Source: Nemertoderma westbladi
Lineage: Eukaryota > Animalia > Xenacoelomorpha
Length of the DNA: 64,000 nt
Direction of reading: 5' to 3'
Assembly (NCBI GenBank): GCA_032718475.1
Contig: JAUCBJ010005164.1
Coordinates: 1 to 64,000, forward strand
In this document: positions 27,901 to 42,900 of the stretch, one piece after another
Layout of the letters: each line of letters starts with the position of its first letter
Numbering within the stretch: the stretch's first letter is position 1
Program-made: the position numbers and the translations under genes
The notes under the pieces: generated by a model
Seen by the model: only the letters and a program-made list of their open reading frames with translations
The model's database searches: none
What the model was told of the DNA's origin: nothing

Positions 27901-30900
27901 ATAATTAAATCAATCAATCCACCATCAAAATTCAGATAGATTTATATATAGTATGCCATGATGGAAATTAAACTTACCGTCGTGACAAACGCAGTCGAAA
28001 GATCCCGGCGTATCTATACAATCAGCGTTAACATCGCAATCATCTGTATTCTCATCACATTCGTCGATGTCTAAATGTTATACATTTGTCATATAATATT
28101 ATCTAACAGTTTTATTAAACTATTGAATGTTTATTGAACTAACAAACTAACTAATAAACGTACAACATTCACACTATCATTAAAGTATATGACATAAACT
28201 ATCCATCTACACACTAACTTTCGCAGCTGTAAGGATCCACGCGTCTGTAACCAGGGAGACAGTCGCACTCATACGACCCCTCTGTGTTCCTACACGTAGT
28301 GCTAGAAGCATCGCAGTTGTCACTGCCGTCAGCGCATTCGTCGATATCTGAGAAATATAAACAGATAATTTATTAATAAATTATGACTAAGTTCTTTTAG
28401 GAGAATAATATTTTTTGTTTATTGTTGTTCTCGTGTTCTCAGCTTTGTGCGCCAACTCTCCCTAAACGACCAGTAGTTTAGCACAAATAACATTATCATA
28501 TAAATATCAGTACTACAGTAAGATATGATGAATGCATAGGGATGACTGCATAGGGATGATTGATTGTAATAAAACTCGCGTTAAGGCCACAATTTCTCAT
28601 AAAGTGTGAATTCAGATATGATGCAACAATGGTGATGGTGGATATGGTGTTCTTGCATATATTAGTTATCTTTAATAATTAATAATAATTAATATAAATG
28701 TACTGGGATTTAATTAAAGTTATCGCTGTAGTTAATTATATTTTCATTTAAACTGAACATTACCAGTACAGGTGACACCATCGCCTTCATAGCCAGCTTT
28801 ACAGATACAAATAAATCCACCAGGGATATTTTCGCAGTTAGCATTGATGTCGCAGTTATGTGTCCCATCAGTGCATTCGTTGTCATCTGAAAGTTAAGAA
28901 AAAATAACATTAGTAATATGTGTTATTATATTTTATTATATATTATAAGTAATTTAGATGAAAGTTCAATTTTGAAAGTTATACATTTATTATAGGAAGG
29001 GATCTAGCCAACACATTGTTACTATCAATTTTGAAAGTGAAATTTGCAACTATATAATTAATAAATGAAAAGAAATGCATGTTAATATAGGGAGTGACTT
29101 TATGACCATGCCTTTAATTAGTTTTTATGTTCAGCTTTTGCGAAGCTAAGCTTTGCATATAGCTATAGAGAAAATATGAATATTTTAATGCGATATGTTA
29201 CCCCTGTGAGGGGCAGGTTTATTATATTATATAAAATAGTTAAGGATTCTAAAATATCGAACTATTACATAACACAAATATAAAATAATGCAAAAAATAT
29301 CGAACTATTACATAACACAACTATAAAATAATGCAAAGAATGAGGGCATTGTAAAGGCCCATGCATAGAATGAGAACAATGAAACGGCCAAGGCCAAATG
29401 AAGGAGGATGATGGGGTGGCTGGTGGGTTATAAAAACTTATTAAGATAAGAAACAACAAAATTTTGTATTTTGTAATAGACCAAAACATAAGTTGGCGGA
29501 TTAAACATGAAATAAAATATTAACATCCTTTAAAAATCAAATGAGCCGAATGACGCACTTTTAGTAAATAGTCTACTTACTATAATGTGATATTAACACA
29601 AAGAAATCAGCTGATTCAGTTACACAAAGAGATTCGAGGGCGCCACCAAGTGGTGTATTGTGTACGGTATATGTTATACATTTTTAACACCACTTGGTCG
29701 GTATATAAATTGAAATATGCCCGTCATAAAATATATTGGCTCAAATGATATTTTCGCACAATATTGTATTTATTATCATCTACGACTGTAACAATTGGAG
29801 CTAATAACTGTATTTCCGAAAATAAATGAATGAGAAATGAACAAGCGTCATTTTGAATCGATCCATAATTAATATTTTTGTTTAAAATAACCGAATGTGT
29901 TTCGGATTGTTGTAGAATACCGTACCTTCACATGAAACTCCATCTCCAGAATATCCAGGATTACAATCACAATTAAATCCTCCCAGGGTGTTGGTACAGG
30001 TCGCGTGGGCGTGGCAGTTATTGGAACCACCGGGGGCGCATTCGTCATCGTCTGAAAGAGAACGATAATATAAACATCTCTCATGTGTCGCACTTCTCCT
30101 TTCGGCAATATACTTTCAGTTTCAATGAATATCCACACCACTCGAACTCTCACAGTTGAATCAGTGTGTAAGCGGCAACAATGTAAACGGATGAACGAGA
30201 TTAACTACTAGGACCCGATGATTGTGAATTAGTAGGTACACGTCTATAATTAGTATTAGGGGGGTGGGGGGGGGGGGGGGGGGATCATTCTTAAATATAT
30301 ACTTCAATTTGATTATTTTATAAGCAAAATATTAAGGAAGATTGTTAAATATTTCATTGTGAAGCTTTATTTATACCAAACTTTAAGTCAACAATCTCTG
30401 GCTGAGTGGCTGAATGGCTGAATGGCTGGATGGAGTGGCTGAATCTCTGGAAGAATGGCTGAGAAATAGCAAATTATATTACAAGATTATTCTTAAATTA
30501 AATTTTAGAGCAAAACGTGAAACTGAGATCTATGGATTTAAAAATCTATGGGACAAAATTCGAAAGTCGTCATCAATTTAGGATTATTGATTGTCTTCTT
30601 TCTGAAATATATATATGTGAAATAGCTCGACTTTAAAAAAAATTGAGCTAATCCCAAAAATAATAATGATTCTTTATAATCCACAACCCATTTTTTTGCG
30701 AGTCTTTCATGCCAAAATTTTAAGTTAATAATATTAGCCCTTTTGAGACTCTATTGCAAAAAATTGACGCTCAAATTGAAGAAGATCTTGCTTAAGAAGA
30801 TAATGTTTACTCGTGCTGCGCGAACGCTTATGCCATGCCAAATATCAAAATATCATATCTGAGTTTCCATTGAAATATGAATTAATTTAAGAATATATAC

Positions 30901-33900
30901 CAATAATTCTTGTGAAATCGTTTGCCCTTACCCATTCTCTGGGTCCCATATTGAGCTGCACAATCTCCTGCGAGAAATTCGACTATCCATCACGTTGTAA
31001 CAGATAGCACGAGTTTGCAAAAAGATACAACAAAACGGCTTGCAAATTAAAGATCTCCATTACATTCTGCACAAGAAACACAGGGGAGTTTACCCCCGTG
31101 GTTGTGTTTGGATGCCTCTTTGGTTACCGTTTTACTAAATTACATAAATAAAAGTGAACCTACCCTCGCAGCTGCCATCAGCGAGAGCGTGGAACCCTGG
31201 CGGGCAGTCAGTGCTGCATATGTTACACGTTGTCTTACAATGTTCGCGCCATGGATTGTCTGTACAGAATGATGCAACCTCAGCCATAAACGCGCATTTT
31301 GGGGGGTCATCATCCGGTTGAATTACGCAAACTGGAAATACAACGATATAATGGCAATCTATATCATTAATAGTCTATCAGCATGTGTGAAAGAAGTACA
31401 GTATTTAAAAAATATTGTATAAGATTAATTTAAATTAATTAAAATACAGTAATAGTTCATATATTGTCGCAAATACGTAATTGTACGTACAGTCTTTAGT
31501 TTGTCCACTCAACGCCGTGCGTTATTAATACACAAATAAGATAATTGCAAATAATTATTAATTTGCACCTAAAATTACATCAAGACGATGGAAGTGAACA
31601 GGTCGCTCAATCTGGTCTATATTTCATTATTTTAGAATTAAGTTAAAACATTTTCATGTACATTAAGGTGAGCTGAGAGGTAAACAAACAAGTAGATAGC
31701 CTGTAGATATGAATAATCCCTTGCAATTAGTTTGTTGTACATTGTAGAACTACATACATCGCGCGCGGTACATCGTGTGGTACACAATATAGCTGAAAGC
31801 GACTGACTAACCTTCACAGTTCGCGACTCCGTCTCCAAAGTAACCATCACTACATTGGCAATGGTAACCGGGTTCGTCGTTGATACAATCGGCAAACTGG
31901 TGGCAGTTATCGGTGCCCTCAGCGCACTCATCTACGTCATCGCAGGTGACGCCGTCACCTTGGTAACCTGTGGAGAAAACGAGAGAGTCACTCAGGGATC
32001 CGTTTAGCAGACAGCTCGGTATCCTATGGAGAATACGAGAGAGTCACTCAGGGATCCGTTTAGCAGACAGCTCGGTATCCTATGGATAAAACGAGAGAGT
32101 CACTCAGGGATCCGTTTAGCAGGCAAGAGAGACACTCAGGGATCCGTTTAGCAGACAGCTCGCTATCCTATGGAGAAAACTAGAGAGTCACTCATGGATC
32201 CGTTTAGCAGACAGCTCGGTATCCTATGGAGGAAACGAGAGAGTCACTCAGGGATCCGTTTAGCAGACAGCTCGGTATCCTATGGATAAAACGAGAGAGT
32301 CACTCAGTGATCCGTTTAGCAGACAGCCCGGTATCCTATGGAGGTAACGAGAGAGTCACTCAGGGATCCGTTTAGCAGACAGCTCGGTATCCTATGGAGG
32401 AAACGAGAGAGTCTCTCAGGGATCCGTTTAGCAGACAGCTCGGTATCCTATGGAGGAAACGAGAGCGTCACTCCGGGATCCGTTTAGCAGACAACTCGGT
32501 ATCCTATGGATAAAACGAGAGAGTCACTCAGGGATCCGTATAGCAGACAGCTCGGTATCCTATGGAGGAAACGAGAGAGTCAATCAGGGATCCGTTTAGC
32601 AGACAACTCGGTATCCTATGGATAAAACCAGAGAGTCACTCAGGGATCCGTTTAGCAGGCGAGGGAGTCACTCAGGGATCCGTTTAGCAGACAACTCGGT
32701 ATCCTTGTATCCTATGGATAAAACGAGAGAGTCACTCAGGGATCCGTTTAGCAGACAGCTCGGTATCCTATGGAGGAAACGAGAGAGTCACTCAGGGATC
32801 CGTTTAGCAGACAGCTCGGTATCCTATGGATAAAACATGAGTCACTCAGGGATCCATTTAGCAGACAACTCGGTATCCTATGGAGGAAACGAGAGAGTCA
32901 CTCAGGGATCCGTTTAGCAGACAGCTCGGTATCCTATGGATAAAACGAGAGAGGTCACTCAGAGATACCATCGTTGCATTGCAACTGTTTAACATATTTC
33001 AGTCGGTATAAACTTACCTTGTCTACATGTGCATGTGAACGAGCCAGGAGTATCAGCACAGTCAGCATTGACGTCACAGTTATGTGTTCCATCGTTGCAC
33101 TCATTGATATCTGCGGATAACCAGAAGTTACATCGCTATGAATATATCTGATAGGTATTATCCATGTTACCATGTGCAACATAGGCTTTTATACAAAAAT
33201 GAATATCCCACTGACATTCAACTTAAATTACAAATACAGGAGTTCGTGTTAAGATAAAATACAGGAGTTCGTTACCGAGATGATAGAATTCAGTCAGACA
33301 TATTATATTTTATTAATATTTGGACTAACTTTCGCAGGATAATTGGTTAACTCGTCTGTATCCGGGAAGGCAATCACACTCGTAGCTGCCGTCAGTGTTG
33401 CGGCACGATGTGGTAGCGGAATCGCAGCCATTCGGGTTGTTACATTCATTGATATCTAAATAAGCGAATAAAATAACAATTAATAATACAAACTAGATCA
33501 TTATCCATTGTAAAAATATAACTTTTGAGCCTAAAAGAAACCCATATATTTATTTCCCCAACCTTCTGACACCAATATCATACCATCCAATAGTCGTGCT
33601 CCTCCAAATACCTCGTATTATCATACTGGAGGGTTTTTTTTATCTAAGCCAATGCTGAACTCTACCATGAAAATGACCTAATTGTATTTAATCAAAACTT
33701 TTACAACCATGGCTTAAATTCTGATCAAACCTGTGGTAAACAGTTGAGAATTTAACTTGAATCCTTCTCAGTAAGGTTCGCTCGCAACACTACATGTATA
33801 CGTAATCTACCCTATAACTCAGTAAGGTTCGCTCGCAACACTACATGTATACGTAATCTACCCTATAACTCAGTAAGGTTCGCTCGCAACACTACATGTA

Positions 33901-36900
33901 TACGTAATCTACCCTATAACTCATAAACGCTAATATCTGCGAGGCTGTTTATTTTTCTATCTCCCGCCAACTTCTAAACGCTGATAACTACAGCGAAAAA
34001 GGAATATAATATACAGTATTCATTTACAAAATATGTGACATGTGGCAAACCCAAATTATAGTATCGCTAGGGAAAATATGTAATAATAAAAAAATATAGA
34101 TATAATCGATATATCTAGATATAGATATACATATACATAAGATATAATCTATATCTATGGTCGTTAAATAAGAAATTAAAATATATAATATTAAAACAAT
34201 CCACTAGTATTCGATAAAGTGAACAAACCATCACAATCCTCGCCGTTTCCAGAATATCCGGTTTTACAAACGCAGTTAAATCCTCCTGGAGTGTTGTGAC
34301 AGTTGGCGTTAGGGTCACAATTGTGTGTTCCATCAGTACACTCATTGTCGTCTAAATGATAAATACAAATATAGGCCTATATAGACGATTATAATAGTAA
34401 TCATAAGTACATTTTAATGAAGATAAAGGAGAGAAAAGTGAGGAATTGACTTCACACGTAATTAACATATAAAACTTTTTCTATCCCCAGCCAGGACAAT
34501 GCAGCAAGGAGAAGATACTGATATTTTATATGTTTTAACACCTACGATAATGATAGTTTAAAATCAAGCTAAACTAAATGATATGCAATCGGTATTTTGT
34601 TCGAAAGGGAAATATAATTTATGTACTGTAGACCATAGGTAGAAGAGGTTTGCACATCGTCGGGTAAAATCCAATAGCGACCATATAGAAAACAGTAAAC
34701 ATGAGTTAGGTCCATTACCGGTACACCCGGTCAATATCGCCCAACAGTTACTTTCATTTCACTTTTCACTTTCATTACTGTATACTGTACCGGTGCAGCG
34801 GTACTGTAGGCCTACAGACCGTAGATAACCATAGGCCTCGTCGTTCTCTGTATGTTGAAACAGTATGTTAATAACATGCATGAATGAACCGGTACGTGTC
34901 AATATTTAATTGGTAATTTCAATGTAACAAATAAATGTAATAAATACAATGTTCTAGAACATTGTGTTTATCTATGAATAGCTACGCGATAGCGATATTG
35001 TAAAACCATATCGTTGTTGCCCACAAACTCATAATATAAATAACTCATAGAATTTTGCGTATTTATTAAATAGAATAAATGGCTTACAGCGAATGATAAT
35101 TCTTGAAATGTTTGAACGAATCTTTGAATAGGTTCCACCTTGGTGTAGTGGTTGTATTGAATTCACATCTCCCGTAGGTCGTGAGTTCGATCCTCACATG
35201 GGCCAGGGCAGTTTTCGTTTCGGCACGAATGCTATAAAGGGACCAGCCAGGGCGCACCTCTGCTGCCTTTCCTCCTTAAGTGGTAGCTAAATGAGTACTG
35301 GAGTTTCCGCTGGGGAGTAAAGTTCTGGGGGAACCGGACTGGAAATAAGTCGTCAGACTTTGTGCGTAATCCCTGGCCTAACGGCCGAAGAAAATTTACT
35401 TTTACTTTACTTTAACGCCTATATATCAGCTGTTTCTCAACGGAATCACCTATTACTTTAATATATATTTCATTATTCCAACGACTGGTTCATCAATTTC
35501 GCAATGCTTCGATTTTATAATAACTTTCATACAGTACCTGTACATGTGACTCCATCTCCTGAATATCCATCATTACATTCACAACTAAATCCTCCGGGGG
35601 TGTTTGTACAGGTTGCTTGGGCGTGGCAATTATGGGTCCCAGCAACGCATTCGTTGTCGTCTGCGAAAAATTAATTATTTTATCTAATTAATAATGAAAC
35701 AAATTAATTTAAAACACTACCAGAGGCACTTATGTCTAGTCTTAAAATATTATATTTTAAGTTTTCAAATTTAAGATGAATATTTAAAAAATGTGTCAAA
35801 TCAAATTTTATCTTAAATATTATTTGACAATGAAATGTTTAGAAAAGCCAATTACTAATGCTAACTAACTGCATATTATATTATTTGTACGATCTGCATT
35901 CATGAAATACATTTAAGGGAAGGGCTTATGGCAAGGATAGTGACGTGCTTCGGTATGTTACCATACGTATTCAGTTTATTAGACCTACCGTTCCCAGAGT
36001 AACCGGAATTGCATTCACAATGCCAGCCGGGTACGTCGTTAATGCACGCAGCATTGGGGTCGCAGTTCGCTAGACCTACCTGTACAAGTGATACCGTTCC
36101 CAGAGTAACCGGGATTGCATTCACAATGCCAGCCGGGTACGTCGTTAATGCACACAGCATTGGGGTCGCAGTTCGCTAGACCTACCTGTACAAGTGATAC
36201 CGTTCCCAGAGTAACCGGGATTGCATTCACAATGCAAGCCGGGTACGTCGTTAATGCACGCAGCATTGGGGTCGCAGTTCGCTAGACCTACCTGTACAAG
36301 TGATACCGTTCCCTGAGTAACCGGGATTGCATTCACAATGCCAGCCGGGTACGTCGTCAATGCACGCAGCATTGGGGTCGCAGTTCGCTAGACCTACCTG
36401 TACAAGTGATACCGTTCCCAGAGAAACCGGGATTGCATTCACAATGCCAGCCGGGTACGTCGTTAATGCACGCAGCATTGGGGTCGCAGTTCGCTAGACC
36501 TACCTGTACAAGTGATACCGTTCCCAGAGTAACCGGGATTGCATTCACAATGCCAGCCGGGTACGTCGTTAATTCACGCAGCATTGGGGTCGCAGTTCGC
36601 TAGACCTACCTGTACAAGTGATACCGTTCCCAGAGTAACCGGGATTGCATTCACAATGCCAGCCGGGTACGTCGTTAATGCACGCAGCATTGGGGTCGCA
36701 GTTCGCTAGACCTACCTGTACAAGTGATACCGTTCCCTGAGTAACCGGGATTGCATTCACAATGCCAGCCGGGTACGTCGTCAATGCACGCAGCATTGGG
36801 GTCGCAGTTCGCTAGACCTACCTGTACAAGTGATACCGTTCCCAGAGTAACCGGGATTGCATTCACAATGCCAGCCGGGTACGTCGTTAATGCACGCAGC

Positions 36901-39900
36901 ATTGGGGTCGCAGTTCGCTAGACCTACCTGTACAAGTGATACCGTTCCCAGAGTAACCGGGATTGCATTCACAATGCCAGCCGGGTACGTCGTCAATGCA
37001 CGCAGCATTGGGGTCGCAGTTCGCTAGACCTACCTGTACAAGTGATACCGTTCCCAGAGTAACCGGGATTGCATTCACAATGCCAGCCGGGTACGTCGTT
37101 AATGCATGCAGCATTGGGGTCGCAGTTCGCTAGACCTACCTGTACAAGTGATACCGTTCCCAGAGTAACCGGGATTGCATTCACAATGCCAGCCGGGTAC
37201 GTCGTCAATGCACGCAGCATTGGGGTCGCAGTTCGCTAGACCTACCTGTACAAGTGATACCGATCCCAGAGTAACCGGGATTGCATTCACAATGCCAGCC
37301 GGGTACGTCGTTAATGCACGCAGCATTGGGGTCGCAGTTCGCTAGACCTACCTGTACAAGTGATACCGTTCCCTGAGTAACCGGGATTGCATTCACAATG
37401 CCAGCCGGGTACGTCGTTAATGCACGCAGCATTGGGGTCGCAGTTCGCTAGACCTACCTGTACAAGTGATACCGTTCCCTGAGTAACCGGGATTGCATTC
37501 ACAATGCCAGCCAGGTACGTCGTTAATGCACGCAGCATTGGGGTCGCAGTTCGCGGCGCCGGTCAAACATTCGTTTATGTCGTCGCAGTTATTCACTCCA
37601 TCGCCGGTGTATCCTAGCAACAAAATTATATTTTGTTAATCTATGATTGGACAAATAAGAATATAAGAAATAATACAAATTTGAATTTAAAATTTCATGC
37701 CACCGAATGTTGATATTTTCATGAAACATCAGTTAGAATCCACTAATATACATGTGAACGATCCGACAGTGTCGGTACAGGCAGTATAACTTACCTTCTA
37801 TGCAGGTACATTTGAACGATCCGACAGTGTCGGTACAGCAGTATAACTTACCTTCTATGCAGGTACATGTGAACGATCCGACAGTGTCGGTACAGCAGTA
37901 TAACTTACCTTCTATGCAGGTACATGTGAACGATCCGACAGTGTCGGTACAGGCAGTATAACTTACCTTCTATGCAGGTACATTTGAACGATCCGACAGT
38001 GTCGGTACAGCAGTATAACTTACCTTCTATGCAGGTACATGTGAACGATCCGACAGTGTCGGTACAGCAGTATAACTTACCTTCTATGCAGGTACATGTG
38101 AACGATCCGACAGTGTCGGTACATCAGTATAACTTACCTTCTATGCAGGTACATTTGAACGATCCGACAGTGTCGGTACAGCAGTATAACTTACCTTCTA
38201 TGCAGGTACATGTGAACGATCCGACAGTGTCGGTACAGCAGTATAACTTACCTTCTATGCAGGTACATGTGAACGATCCGACAGTGTCGGTACAGCAGTA
38301 TAACTTACCTTCTATGCAGGTACATGTGAACGATCCGACAGTGTCGGTACATCAGTATAACTTACCTTCTATGCAGGTACATGTGAACGATCCGACAGTG
38401 TCGGTACAGCAGTATAACTTACATTCTATAAAGGTACATGTGAACGATCCGACTGTGTCGGTACATCAGTATAACTTACCTTCTATGCAGGTACATTTGA
38501 ACGATCCGACTGTGTCGGTACATCAGTATAACTTACCTTCTATGCAGGTACATGTGAACGATCCGACAGTGTCGGTACAGCAGTATAACTTACATTCTAT
38601 AAAGGTACATGTGAACGATCCGACAGTGTCGGTACATCAGTATAACTTACCTTCTATGCAGGTACATTTGAACGATCCGACAGTGTCGGTACAGCAGTAT
38701 AACTTACCTTCTATGCAGGTACATTTGAACGATACGACTGTGTCGGTACATCAGTATAACTTACCTTCTATAAAGGTACATTTGAACGATCCGACTGTGT
38801 CGGTACATCAGTATAACTTACCTTCTATGCAGGTACATGTGAACGATCCGACATTGTCGGTACAGCAGTATAACTTACCTTCTATGCAGGTACATTTGAA
38901 CGATCCGACAGTGTCGGTACAGGCAGTATAACTTACCTTATATGCAGGTACATTTGAACAATCCGACTGTGTCGGTACAGCAGTATAACTTACCTTCTAT
39001 GCAGGTACATTTGAACGATCCGACAGTGTCGGTACAGGCAGTATAACTTACCTTCTATGCAGGTACATGTGAACGATCCGACATTGTCGGTACAGCAGTA
39101 TAACTTACCTTCTATGCAGGTACATGTGAACGATCCGACTGTGTCGGTAAAGGAAGTATAACTTACCTTCTATAAAGGTACATGTGAACGATCCGACAGT
39201 GTCGGTACAACAGTATAACTTACCTTCTATGCAGGTACATTTGAACGATCCGACAGTGTCGGTAAAGGGGAAGTATAACTTACCTTCTATGCAGGTACAT
39301 GTGAACGATCCGACAGTGTCGGTACAGCAGTATAACTTACCTTTTATGCAGGTACATGTGAACGATCCGACAGTGTCGGTACAGCAGTATAACATACATT
39401 CTATAAAGGTACATGTGAACGATCCGACAGTGTCGGTACATCAGTATAACTTAACTTCTATGCAGGTACATGTGAACGATCCGACAGCGTCGGTACAGCA
39501 GTATAACTTACCTTCTATGCAGGTACGCATGAACGATCCGACAGTGTCGGTAAAGGAAGTATAACATACATTCTATAAAGGTACATGTGAATGATCCGAC
39601 AGTGTCGGTACATCAGTATAACTTAACTTATATGCAGGTACATGTGAACGATCCGACAGTGTCGGTACAGCAGTATAACTTACCTTCTATGCAGGTACAT
39701 GTGAACGATCCGACAGTGTCGGTTCAGGCAGTATAACTTACCTTCTATGCAGGTACATGTGAACGATCCGACTGTGTCGGTACAGCAGTATAACTTACCT
39801 TCTATGCAGGTACATGTGAACGATCCGACAGTGTCGGTACAGGCAGTATAACTTACCTTCTATGCAGGTACATGTGAACGATCCGACAGTGTCGGTACAT

Positions 39901-42900
39901 CAGTATAACTTACCTTCTATGCAGGTACATTTGAACGATCCGACAGTGTCGGTACAGCAGTATAACTTACCTTCTATGCAGGTACATGTGAACGATCCGA
40001 CAGTGTCGGTACATCAGTATAACTTACCTTCTATGCAGGTACATATGAACGATCCGACAGTGTCGGTAAAGGAAGTATAACATACATTCTATAAAGGTAC
40101 ATGTGAACGATCCGACAGTGTCGGTACAGCAGTATCACTTACCTTCTATGCAGGTACATTTGAACGATCCGACTGTGTCGGTACAGCAGTATAACTTACC
40201 TTCTATGCAGGTACATTTGAACGATCCGACAGTGTCGGTACAGCAGTATAACTTACCTTCTATGCAGGTACATGTGAACGATCCGACAGTGTCGGTACAG
40301 CAGTATAACTTACCTTCTATGCAGGTACATGTGAACGATCCGACAGTGTCGGTACAGCAGTATAACTTACCTTCTATGAAGGTACATGTGAACGATCCGA
40401 CAGTGTCGGTACAGCAGTATAACTTACCTTCTATGCAGGTACATGTGAACGATCCGACAGTGTCGGTACAGCAGTATAACTTACCTTCTATGCAGGTACA
40501 TGTGAACGATCCGACATTGTCGGTACAGCAGTATAACTTACCTTCTATGCAGGTACATGTGAACGATCCGACAGTGTCGGTACAGCAGTATAACTTACCT
40601 TCTATGCAGGTACATGTGGACGATCCGACAGTGTCGGTACAGGCAGTATAACTTATCTTCTATGCAGGTACATGTGAACGATCCGCCAGTGTCGGTACAG
40701 CAGTATAACTTACCTTCTATGCAGGTACATGTGAACGATCCGACAGTGTCGGTACAGCAGTATAACTTACCTTCTATGCAGGTACATGTAAACGATCCGA
40801 CAGTGTCGGTACAGCAGTATAACTTACCTTCTATGCAGGTACATGTGAACGATCCGGGAGTGTCGGTACATTCTGCATTGGCGTGACAATTATGTGATCC
40901 ATCGTTGCACTCGTTGATATCTACAGATATAACGAACATTACGTGATATAAAAAAATATGTGTGCAACAAATAAAAAATAGATTATGTTAATTAAGCGGC
41001 CACTAAGTTTAATTAAAACTAAATTACAAAGAGTCGTTAATTATAGAGATGATAGAATTCAGTCAGACATATATTTTATTAATATTTGGACTAACTTTCG
41101 CAGGAGAATTGGTTAACTCGTCTGTATCCGGTAAGGCAATCACACTCGTAGCTGCCGTCAGTGTTGCGGCACGATGTGGTAGCGGAATCGCAGCCATTCG
41201 GGTTGTTACATTCATTGATATCTAAATATTATGGAATAAAATAACGATTAATAATACAAACTAGATACAGTAAAATCAGAAACACAGGATACCATATTTG
41301 GCTGACTACCTTCTAATTTTTTTATTGACCGTTTTATTATTCCAAAATAATTTAACATCATTTAAAGTGTTTACTAATAACACAGTCGATTACAATATAT
41401 CTCATGATGGATTTAATAAAGAAGTAAGTAAAGTGAACTTTACTGCTCTAAGAGACTAATTACTTTACAATAAAACTGAACCTTAACATAGAATTTGTCC
41501 TGATTACGTCACAAACAAGTAATATTTATTTTTTAACATCGATAGACAACGAAATAGACCTAATACCTACCACTAAACCTAATGTGGACCGTTAATTACT
41601 ATTTTAAATTTTACGTTGCTATTGATGTCAGTAATATCTTACAAAATCAACTGGCTTGTGGCTTTATTTACACTAACAAAGTAGGGTCGTGCTGTTATAC
41701 ACTACAGAGAATACAATACCGTGAAGTTATACATTACACGCAAGTGGGTAACAGGTAATACGGAACGAAACATACTTATCAGGCCACATTCATTCACGTT
41801 TGGCCCACATGCAGTAATTCTCAATTTATTCAATTCCTCAGTAAAATTATACAGTTCAATGTTCGTTACTAAGCATGAATGCACCCTCATGTATATTAAT
41901 ATAACAAATTCACCTTCTAATATTTTAACAATTTGATTTGATTTTACCTGGCGTACCTGAACTGTTATATACTACAATACCATAGTAGAGTACACGTTCG
42001 TGGGGCGTCGCGCAGCACGCGAACTTGAGCAAGTTCGAAACAAGTTCGATTTGATCTGGAGTCAAAAGTTCGAGAGGTATTTGCCCGTAACTTTCAAAAA
42101 TATTGGAACTTTTTCTCTAGTATGCCCATACAAAATTTGGTTGAATATGGTTAAAATCTTCAAAAGTTATTTACGAATGAATTTTTCATTACAGACGGAC
42201 AGACGAGACAGTCAGACATACAGACGACATGAAATTTTGCCCTATTTACTAATTATAATTATGCGCTAAGGCTCGCCCTGAGCTGCGTGGCTCGCCCCAC
42301 ATCCGTGCGATAGGAAAGATGCACTCATAAAAATAACTGTGTATATCGATAAAACAATAGTATACTCAGTCATATAATTAATAAGAGTATATTAGTTACG
42401 GAATTCTAAAATATATAATTAAAAACAATCTACTAGTATTCGATAAAGTGAACAAACCATCACAATCCTCGCCGTTTCCAGAATATCCGGTTTTACAAAC
42501 GCAGTTAAATCCTCCTGGAGTATTGTGACAGTTGGCGTTAGGGTCACAATTGTGTGTTCCATCAGTACACTCATTGTCGTCTAAATGATAAATACAAATA
42601 TAGGCCTATATAAACGATTAGAATAGGAATCATAAATACATTTTATTATTATAAAAACTAAAATAATAATAACAAATAAATTATAATAAAATAATATTAG
42701 AAGTGAAAGAAATAATAATAGCTACAGTAGTATTTTCCCAAAATGCGGGATCATTGTATTTTATCACAGATAAATAGCACACCGTTATAACTTTTACTTT
42801 AATAAGTTTATAAACTAAAGATATTAAATTAAGTACAAATAAATAGATTAGGTACGGTGTTGTTGTTGTCGTATATAGTCCGACTCCGTCGCCAAAACCA

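Noticed and set aside
37972-38931. 319-aa plus-strand repetitive ORF ([19 protein letters not shown])n
   Set aside because: Antisense reading of the 57-bp array; open only because the unit is 19 codons without a stop.
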